This document shows, piece after piece, positions 27,513-34,489 of a stretch of DNA of 34,489 nt; the stretch's first letter is position 1; each line of letters starts with the position of its first letter. The notes under the pieces were generated by a model that was given only the letters and a program-made list of their open reading frames with translations, was not told the origin of the DNA and searched no databases. The position numbers were made by a program, and so were the translations under genes. Source of the DNA: Pseudomonadota bacterium (GTDB lineage: Bacteria > Bdellovibrionota > FAC87 > UBA2466); assembly GCA_043718025.1 (NCBI GenBank), contig JAYSWN010000078.1, positions 1-34,489 of the forward strand, written 5' to 3'.

Positions 27513-29957
27513 ATGCACCGACGATTTTCCAACCTAAGCATCAAGGCCTTGACCGCACGAACACGCTCGTTCGTAGCTCACGTCATGATTGCTGCGCTAC
27601 TGCTTCCCGCGGCACCGCTGCACGCGGCCAAGCCCGGCGCCCCTCAAACTGGCTTTACCGCTGGTGGCCTAATGGGCCTCTCTGGATTTAGAACTTTAGT
27701 GCTCACAATCGCCATGGTGAACAAAGCCATGCGCGATGCTTCCGAAAACCCAATGGATGAATGGCGCCGCCAAAACGTGCGCATTGCCATGGGCCTTATG
27801 CCCGGGGCGATTGCCGGCATGGCCAAACACTTTTTCAATGGTCAGCTTGGCAATGGAGATCTTCCCGGCATTCAGGCAATGCTGGGCGGCTTCGTCGATA
27901 AGAACGCTGGCGATAATTACAAAAAGTTTTTGCTTAAGCCCGATAAGAACTTAATTCCCAAAACGGGCGCCAATTTTCCGAATGTACAAGCTCCGCCCGT
28001 GCCACGCTCCAGCGGCGATGCCGGAGTTGCCACAACCTCATCGAAGTCGGGAGACGCCAGCGTAGCCAACGGCCCAGTTTCTAAGCCCGCAGTCGACAAG
28101 ATGCCGACCAAAGAGATGGTCAGCTACTCCCAACGGTTAGAAGCTAAAACCGGCAGCACTAAGAGTGTTGGATACGATGACAGCGTTGCCAAGGCTTCGA
28201 ACGAAGGTACGGCGCCGAATTATTTGGAAGGCAAAGTTGCCAAACCCGAGGTTTCCTCCACACCGCAAGAAAATTTTGGCACTCGCGAAACCGCTTCGGT
28301 AGGCCCAACCGGTCAAGCCGGATCCTCGGCCGCGGAAGTTCCTAAAAACCGCGCCGGTTTACCTTACATTGGTAGCGAAACGGTAATGGAAGCCTCGCGC
28401 GAGATGCGAAGTTTAGAAGGCCGCGCTCCGGCTTCGTCGGGTGAAACCTCTTCTCTCTCGGTGATTCGTACGGGCAAAGAGAAAAAAGGCGACAGCGCTT
28501 CTGAGGATGAAGAGTTTTTCTCTAGCGTCGGTAAAGATGGCCAGGCTAAAAACAAAGCCAAATTAAAAAAGAAGTTAGAGCGTCGCCCCTCTACCAAGCC
28601 AACTTCGTTCCGCGGCAACAACCACTTCTTACGCTTCTTCGCCTTAGGCCTTAGCGCCATCACTACCGATGCCCATGCCGAAGGAGAAGAGGGCCAGCGC
28701 TCCGGCGCCGACGCCGGAATGATTTTAATGGGAATCGCCGCCATCATCGGAGCCATTGCGCCTATTTTTATTGCCAGCACGCAAGCTAACGCCGACAAGG
28801 CAATCGCTAAAACTAACGCCGATGCCCAGATCAAGATGACCGAGATCAGCGCCTCTACCCAAAAAGAGGCCAACAATATTGCTAGAGACGTAGCCCTCAC
28901 CCAAAGCGCCACCGCTAAAGAGGTGGCGATCACCAATAATGAAGCCGTGACTGACCGCTTGAATATTCAACTGGCTGAGCTGCGCTCGGCGAGAGGCGAA
29001 GCCCAGCAAGCCGAACGGGAACGCCGGCAATTAGATGAGTCTTACAATCAACAACGCATTGCTTTGGCCGAAAAGCAGTCACAACAAAATTTAGATCTAG
29101 CCAAAGAGACTTTGGCCGCCCAGTTAAGCGAAGCTGGCCTGCGCCAAGGCTTTTCTAACTCGGCCAATTCAGGCAATCGTTTAACGACGACAACCACGAT
29201 CGCGGCGGCAGGCAGTTCAAATTCTTCCGGCACTAGCAGAACTTCGGCCGGCGCCGGCGCCTCGGCCTCGGTGGGGCAGGCTTTTTCACAAGCCTCTGCC
29301 GCAAAGGGAACGGGTAACGTGAGTGCCTCAGGTTCGGCGGCTGCTTCCAACTCTAGTCGTGGCCCGGCTTCGGTAGAAACTAACAAAGGCAACACGATGG
29401 CAACGCGGCTTTCAGGAGTCTCGGCTCGTGGCGCTACGGGTGAGACCAGCGAACTAGACCCCAATTTTGCCGCCTCAACTACCTATGGCGAAGACGCGGT
29501 AAAAGCTTGCGCAGGATTAAAGGATAAAAAGGAAAAAAAGGATGAGTATTTAGCGTGCTTAAAATCCCAAAGCAAATCGCGCGGCGCAAGTCCGACTCGC
29601 AGCCGACTTTTAAAAGCCAACACACTAGCCTTTAGCGCTAACGCCGCGCCACGAGGATTTGCCGCTCGCTTATCGGCGGTCACCAATCCCACGGTGGGCG
29701 GTTCCACTGCCGGCAACTTGCAAGAGACCGCCGAGATGCGCGCCTTCGCCGGCAATCGGCCCAATCCTTTAAATAAAGGGAGCAGCTTTGGCGATTTTAT
29801 AGGAGGCAGTCGCGGCTCAGCGAAACCTTCAGATGATTTTGCCGGCTACCGCGCCAGCGGAGAAACCCCGCACCGCAACTTAAGCTCCGACGTTCAAAAG
29901 ATTAGCGGCGGGCACAAAGCCGAGAGTCGGGGCATTCGGGGTTTAATCGAGCCCTAA
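27513..29957 (+). CDS. Large hypothetical secreted protein with internal hydrophobic and coiled-coil module
   Basis: 814 aa ORF; signal peptide ending LHA-A; Ser/Ala/Gly-rich disordered regions; shares a module with 26147..27157. Confidence 0.8.
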   Translation: MHRRFSNLSIKALTARTRSFVAHVMIAALLLPAAPLHAAKPGAPQTGFTAGGLMGLSGFRTLVLTIAMVNKAMRDASENPMDEWRRQNVRIAMGLMPGAIAGMAKHFFNGQLGNGDLPGIQAMLGGFVDKNAGDNYKKFLLKPDKNLIPKTGANFPNVQAPPVPRSSGDAGVATTSSKSGDASVANGPVSKPAVDKMPTKEMVSYSQRLEAKTGSTKSVGYDDSVAKASNEGTAPNYLEGKVAKPEVSSTPQENFGTRETASVGPTGQAGSSAAEVPKNRAGLPYIGSETVMEASREMRSLEGRAPASSGETSSLSVIRTGKEKKGDSASEDEEFFSSVGKDGQAKNKAKLKKKLERRPSTKPTSFRGNNHFLRFFALGLSAITTDAHAEGEEGQRSGADAGMILMGIAAIIGAIAPIFIASTQANADKAIAKTNADAQIKMTEISASTQKEANNIARDVALTQSATAKEVAITNNEAVTDRLNIQLAELRSARGEAQQAERERRQLDESYNQQRIALAEKQSQQNLDLAKETLAAQLSEAGLRQGFSNSANSGNRLTTTTTIAAAGSSNSSGTSRTSAGAGASASVGQAFSQASAAKGTGNVSASGSAAASNSSRGPASVETNKGNTMATRLSGVSARGATGETSELDPNFAASTTYGEDAVKACAGLKDKKEKKDEYLACLKSQSKSRGASPTRSRLLKANTLAFSANAAPRGFAARLSAVTNPTVGGSTAGNLQETAEMRAFAGNRPNPLNKGSSFGDFIGGSRGSAKPSDDFAGYRASGETPHRNLSSDVQKISGGHKAESRGIRGLIEP

Positions 29958-30000
29958 CCATTTCTTAAGGGGGTAAGGATACGACAAACGTAGTCCTTCG

Positions 30001-30036
30001 AGGGGAGAGTTCCCAAAGACTCTCCCCTTTTTTTTT
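30001..30036 (+). terminator. Intrinsic terminator
   Basis: AGGGGAGAGT...ACTCTCCCCT followed by a long T run. Confidence 0.88.
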
Positions 30037-30252
30037 CAGTCCCCACCAAAATTAAATCACCCTCCACTGAAGACAAGCAGTAAACAGCCCGTGTACTCAC
30101 TGCATACACACCAAAGTTCAATGCTCTTAAGCAGTTACTAATTGCTGGGCGGACTTTGACCAAAGGATCCGCATGGTTTTTGGTGTTTAAGATCTATCGA
30201 TGATAAAAATGAGGTAGTTTCAAATAGATAGCCGCCAATTTTCATTCACCTT

Positions 30253-30268
30253 TGGCAAGCTTCGTGCT
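30253..30268 (+). promoter_or_regulatory. Sigma54-like -24/-12 element
   Basis: TGGCAAGCTTCGTGCT (TGGCA-N7-TGCT); GC ends 17 nt before ATG 30285. Confidence 0.6.
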
Positions 30269-30284
30269 CTATCTCTAGTTAGAT

Positions 30285-31316
30285 ATGACACTTAAGCCGC
30301 AAAACCTTTGCCTCCTTTTAGTGACGTGTGCCTTTAGCGCCACGCCCGTCTGGGCCGAGTACGCCGCCGGCGGCATTGAAGAGGCTCAAGCACTGCCCAA
30401 GGTCATTACCGACACCAAAGCCCCCATCTCTCCCGAAACGATGGCGGCGGTGATTGCTAAGGTAAAAGCCAATCCGGCCCTCACGAATGCTTTGATTCAA
30501 GCAAACCCTCGCTACAAAGCCCTTTTGGGTCTTGGTGAAAATAGTGCCCCGGCACCATTGGCCAACGTGGCTTCCGGAGCCGAGGCTCCCCCCGTGGCCT
30601 TCACACCGGCGCCACGCCACTCGCCCGCTTCAAAAGAAAGCGTTCGATTGAATGAAACGCTGCTGCAGGTACGAAATATTTTAGGCGGCGCAGAACCGCA
30701 ATTCGCCACCTCCGCTCCCAGCGCGGACCGTAACGATCAAGCTTTTGCCCAACAAAACATTCCCGACACCAACCGTTTTGGTGAACCACTCACTATTTCT
30801 GAGGCCGCCACGCCGGCCTCTGGCCGCCGCTTATTGGGCGGTTTAGATCCGCAAAATTCCCGACGCGAGCGTTCGGCAGAAATTCTCGAACTAAAAAGAA
30901 AAATCTTATTGCAGAAAGAACGCCGTTTTGCCCGGCTCTCTAATTCAAATGGGGGAGCCTCGCTTCAGGCGTCTTTAGAATTTAACCGTCGCGTTCGCGG
31001 CGCCGTTGGCCCGCAAGGCGATGGCCGCGGTTTTCAGCTTGCGATGCGCGACATTTCAGAGACCGCAGAACCGCGCCCCGCTCCAAATGATTCGATTCGA
31101 CGCCGTAAGATCATCGGCGGAGAAAATCGCGTGGCCAAGCCCGTATCGGCAACCGAAGAGACCGATCTCATTTCACACAAGTACCTATACAGCACCGCCG
31201 TGATTAAAGAAGGCGCCGAAGGCGGTGGCGGAATTGGCGAAGCCATCAAGCAGAGCGTATCCCAGTCGATCGCTAAGCCCCAAACGGCCGGGCCGCTCGA
31301 ACCCCGGCTGCGCTAA
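30285..31316 (+). CDS. Hypothetical secreted protein, largely low-complexity
   Basis: Signal peptide ending VWA-E; Pro/Ala-rich; short basic helix. Confidence 0.7.
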   Translation: MTLKPQNLCLLLVTCAFSATPVWAEYAAGGIEEAQALPKVITDTKAPISPETMAAVIAKVKANPALTNALIQANPRYKALLGLGENSAPAPLANVASGAEAPPVAFTPAPRHSPASKESVRLNETLLQVRNILGGAEPQFATSAPSADRNDQAFAQQNIPDTNRFGEPLTISEAATPASGRRLLGGLDPQNSRRERSAEILELKRKILLQKERRFARLSNSNGGASLQASLEFNRRVRGAVGPQGDGRGFQLAMRDISETAEPRPAPNDSIRRRKIIGGENRVAKPVSATEETDLISHKYLYSTAVIKEGAEGGGGIGEAIKQSVSQSIAKPQTAGPLEPRLR

Positions 31317-31366
31317 CGGCTTCCGCCCCCATCGGCGGGGCCCGCAAAAACTGATACCATTATCCC

Positions 31367-32368
31367 ATGCAAGAATCCCGACCAGCCATTTCGATTCTCA
31401 TGCCGACCTATCAGGGTGAAACTTTTTTGCCGCTGGCGCTTGAGTCGGTCTCCAACCAAAATTTTACGAACTACGAATTGCTGATTCGCGATGACGGCTC
31501 AAAAGATCGCACCCTGGCAATCATCGAGTCTTTCAAGGTGCCGCAATTCAGATTGATAAAAACCCCGACAATAAAACCGGGCCTGTTTTCCAACCTCAAC
31601 GCTCTGCTCAAAGAGGCCAAGGCCCCGCTGGTTCAAATTTTGTGTCAGGATGATGTGCTTGAACCCGATGCCCTTAAAGAGATCTCGGCCTATTGGGACA
31701 CCCACGCCACGATCGAACTGCTATTTACCAAGCACCGCATGATGGATTGGGAGGGCAACTTGGGCGCCATGCCATCGCTCACCGATTTACCGGACGTCCT
31801 CTCGTCTCAGCTCGCCCTTCAACAGTTTTTTTTTCACGGCTGCATTCCGAGCAATCTCTCTACGGTATCTTTTCGCACGCGATCGGCGTGGGCGTTGGGC
31901 GGGTTCAACGAATCGCTGCGGGTCTCGGGCGACTACGAATTTTGGGTACGCTTGGTCAATACCGGCGCCATGGGCATTTTACAAAAGCCGCTAATTCGAG
32001 TGCGTGGACATGAAGGGCAACTGAGCCGCCAAACCGCCTCGGGCCCCTACTTCGTGCGAGAAAACCGTGCGGTGCGACGGTTCATTCTCGATCAATTTCC
32101 AATGGGTTTAAAAACCGCGGCGGCCGGTTTCGAAAAGAAGCGGCACGGCGTCTTAGATTTTCACCTTGCCCTTCGCACGGCCTTAAAAGGCGAAGTGAAA
32201 AGCGCGTGGGCCATTCTCTGCAGCCTAGGAATCAAAGATTCTTTGCTGGCCGCGTTTTACTGGGTTACCACCGCGAACAACCACCTAAGGCCATCGGCCC
32301 CATTTCAGATTCCAGAAGAAGATAAGGCTAGCCAAACACCCGGCGATAAAGCGAAGCGTAGCTCTTAA
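31367..32368 (+). CDS. GT2 family glycosyltransferase
   Basis: ISILMPTY, DDGSKD, QDD motif, GGFNE...DYEFW. Confidence 0.9.
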   Translation: MQESRPAISILMPTYQGETFLPLALESVSNQNFTNYELLIRDDGSKDRTLAIIESFKVPQFRLIKTPTIKPGLFSNLNALLKEAKAPLVQILCQDDVLEPDALKEISAYWDTHATIELLFTKHRMMDWEGNLGAMPSLTDLPDVLSSQLALQQFFFHGCIPSNLSTVSFRTRSAWALGGFNESLRVSGDYEFWVRLVNTGAMGILQKPLIRVRGHEGQLSRQTASGPYFVRENRAVRRFILDQFPMGLKTAAAGFEKKRHGVLDFHLALRTALKGEVKSAWAILCSLGIKDSLLAAFYWVTTANNHLRPSAPFQIPEEDKASQTPGDKAKRSS

Positions 32369-33314
32369 CTAGATCCAATGGCTGAGGTTTTGGCAAAACA
32401 GAGAGTCTCTCTATCGCCCTGCGCATGTAATCGCCGCCCGAAAAAACCGAGGGGTTGCGAACAAAATCGTCTAACGACCACAACGAGTCCTCATCCCATT
32501 CGCTAAGCGCCCCGTGCCCTGACCAAAAAAGCACGGGAATTCCCCAGGCAATCGCTTCCCAAGCCAACATCCCGGAATCCAGGGGCCGGGCCACGTCGTA
32601 AACCAACGTCTCCGCTCGGCCGAGCAAAGTGAGCCAGGGTTTTGGACCGGTAGTTTTCAAATCATCAAGAGAGATAAAAAGCACTTCACGGTCGGGGCGG
32701 GCTTGACGCCATATTTGCGTCGCCTTCACCAAGCGGGTTGTGCCGCCGCGGCCATCCGATACAACCACCATCAAATGAGGCAACTGGGCGCGCTGCGCTT
32801 CGTGAAAAAATAAAAACCGGCGCGGCCCCGGGGTGACAACGTGAACCGTATTGGGATTGACGTCGGCAGCGTGCCGCAAAAACCAAAGTTTATCCGCCTG
32901 CGAAGGCACCACGTGCTGCTCCCACGCCCCCCCCCGAATCTTCACGTTTAGCGGCGCACGATGGCTAGGCAACCAGGTGGTTAGGGTGGGTTTAGCGAGT
33001 CGCTCGGCGGCAAAACCAAACGGGCGAAAACGGTGGATAAAGCTGACCGGCGCTCGACTGACAAACCGGCGCTCCCAAAAATGGGGAAAGGCCCAACCGG
33101 TGGGCGGCACACGCGTATCGTAGCGTTTCCATGGTCCGGCAAAAATTTGGCCTTTGTTAGAAAGCAGCACGGTGCGGTGGCGGTTCACCCACGGACTCTC
33201 TTCGTCACCGTGGTAGGCCGCCAGCTCATCCACGAACTCACCCACCTCATGCCCCGCCTGTCCCCAGAGCGGGGAAACACGGGTGTCGATGCAAAGACGG
33301 GGCGTGTGTAACAT
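32328..33314 (-). CDS. Divergent GT-B (GT4-like) fold protein
   Basis: N-terminal RLCIDTR and C-terminal GMLAWEAIAWGIPV resemble GT4 motifs; otherwise degenerate; GGGGG RBS. Confidence 0.55.
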   Translation of the reverse strand: MLHTPRLCIDTRVSPLWGQAGHEVGEFVDELAAYHGDEESPWVNRHRTVLLSNKGQIFAGPWKRYDTRVPPTGWAFPHFWERRFVSRAPVSFIHRFRPFGFAAERLAKPTLTTWLPSHRAPLNVKIRGGAWEQHVVPSQADKLWFLRHAADVNPNTVHVVTPGPRRFLFFHEAQRAQLPHLMVVVSDGRGGTTRLVKATQIWRQARPDREVLFISLDDLKTTGPKPWLTLLGRAETLVYDVARPLDSGMLAWEAIAWGIPVLFWSGHGALSEWDEDSLWSLDDFVRNPSVFSGGDYMRRAIERLSVLPKPQPLDLVKSYASLYRRVFG

Positions 33315-33364
33315 GGCCCCCGTTCATAACTCGAATGCCCGGCAAAATCCATCCCGGCATTGAA

Positions 33365-33393
33365 AGGCCGAAGGTTAAAGTAACCTTCGGCCT
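33365..33393 (-). terminator. Perfect 13-bp hairpin, probable terminator of the catalase-like gene
   Basis: AGGCCGAAGGTTA-AAG-TAACCTTCGGCCT. Confidence 0.6.
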
Positions 33394-33464
33394 CCTAATT
33401 TTTCACATTCACGCTCGACGGTGTCGCTGCGCTAGCGTTCCACATTGCGGCGGAAGTTTGAAGT

Positions 33465-34489
33465 CTAGAAGACCTCGTTGCCAGTAGGCTCGGCCAGCAA
33501 GTCCGCGGTGGTCAGCTTATGTTTCAAGTTAAATTCTCGACGCAGTTGCGAGATCGACTCGTAAATCGGCAACCGCACGCGTTGCACTCCACCCAACGGC
33601 TGATGTTCCACTCGTGAATGCCAAGGGGTGAGGGCAATATTCTCACAGAACTCGTCCTGCCGTCCCACGGTAAAGTCCTGTTTGGGAATGTTTAAACGAG
33701 CCACCCGGTACATTTTCGTTTTCCATTCCACCGTAGGATCTTCAATGGGCTCGGTGACTTTATCTTTGTCCTTGTTCTCTTGAAATTGAACATAGAAATC
33801 GAAGCACGCGCTGGCTTGGGCAAGTCCATTTTTCAGCGCCTTACGCAAATAGCGATCGTACGTAGGCGAGAGATCTTTCACGTGCGCCGCAATATCGCCG
33901 GGCGCCTTTAGATCCTTAAGCACCTTAATCAGCGGCTTCAGATCCAAGTCTCCAATGCTGTCGAAACTTTGGGTCACCGCGCAAGGACGGGCCGAGTACT
34001 TCACCGCATTTTTTCCGTAAAGCACGGGGGTCATGCTGAAGTAGCGGCTCTCGATGGGGCTTGTCGTAATCTGCATCGCAATTTTAGTTGCGATACCGGC
34101 CTCCGTCGGGTGAGACGCCATGAACTTGCCCTTATCCTGAAAAAAGGCCGCGTAGTCCTTTACGTCTTTCACAAAAAATTGGCTGTGATTGATCATCAAA
34201 AAATCTTGGGTGTGAAGTTCGTTTGTCTTTTCGAGTTTGATGCGCGGGCCTTCAACGCCCATCACTTTGATGGCCATGCCGCGGCCATCGGGAATGTAAT
34301 CTGGCTGCAATTGCCCAGAGCCATTCGAAAACCGAATATAGGCTTTGTAAGATTTGGCCTCGGCAAAAAAGCCCTGACGAAGTTTTTCGAGCGTCTCTTT
34401 GTTTACATTCAGATCCTTGTCCGAAAGCACGCTAAAACTGGCACGAACGCAGCCGTGGGCTTGGGGGTGAGCATCGCGCACCGCTTTAA
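33465..34489 (-). CDS. Catalase-like heme protein (catalase-related family), 5' end outside the window
   Basis: RDAH.xAHGC distal His, RFSN, DGRGMAIKV, QDFLMIN, PWH....PLG...R.R..IY proximal Tyr; frame stays open to the window edge. Confidence 0.85.
   Translation of the reverse strand, partial: KAVRDAHPQAHGCVRASFSVLSDKDLNVNKETLEKLRQGFFAEAKSYKAYIRFSNGSGQLQPDYIPDGRGMAIKVMGVEGPRIKLEKTNELHTQDFLMINHSQFFVKDVKDYAAFFQDKGKFMASHPTEAGIATKIAMQITTSPIESRYFSMTPVLYGKNAVKYSARPCAVTQSFDSIGDLDLKPLIKVLKDLKAPGDIAAHVKDLSPTYDRYLRKALKNGLAQASACFDFYVQFQENKDKDKVTEPIEDPTVEWKTKMYRVARLNIPKQDFTVGRQDEFCENIALTPWHSRVEHQPLGGVQRVRLPIYESISQLRREFNLKHKLTTADLLAEPTGNEVF

Noticed and set aside
28364..29764. Several minus-strand ORFs of 90-190 aa
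   Set aside because: Antisense shadows of the Ala/Ser-rich 814-aa gene; no motifs or RBS.
26147..31316. Microvirus prophage interpretation of the pilot-like proteins
   Set aside because: No major capsid or rolling-circle Rep gene and no att sites; the proteins carry Sec signal peptides, so only the architectural analogy is kept.

Overview
A 34.5 kb chromosomal window from a diderm bacterium. Gene content suggests a Bdellovibrionota/deltaproteobacteria-like organism (inference): a TolQ-TolR-TolR triad, a deltaproteobacterial-type IHF beta, and many secreted hypothetical proteins. About 30 CDS are supported. They include an Ig-like repeat protein, ExbB/ExbD/ExbD, a SAM methyltransferase, a HAD phosphatase, gloB, a metzincin lipoprotein, an SDR, arsM, a PafA-like alkaline phosphatase, a CHASE2 adenylate cyclase, a monofunctional transglycosylase, a DUF481 barrel, an S41 peptidase, dcd, a DUF4214-like repeat lipoprotein, a TlpA-like protein, GT4 and WcaJ-like transferases, ihfB, a PuuD-like protein, three large secreted hypotheticals, GT2, a degenerate GT-B protein and a 5'-truncated catalase-like protein. 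I saw no rRNA, tRNA, CRISPR array or transposase. The most interesting element is the 26.1-31.3 kb cluster of three secreted orphan genes, each preceded by a sigma54-like GG-N10-GC element. Two of them share a hydrophobic-helix plus 11-residue-period coiled-coil module, and in the larger protein that module follows an internal signal-peptide-like segment. Also notable are a 36-bp-arm nested palindrome after ihfB, a near-consensus sigma28 promoter and several apparently leaderless genes. All family calls come from motif recognition; no database searches were run.
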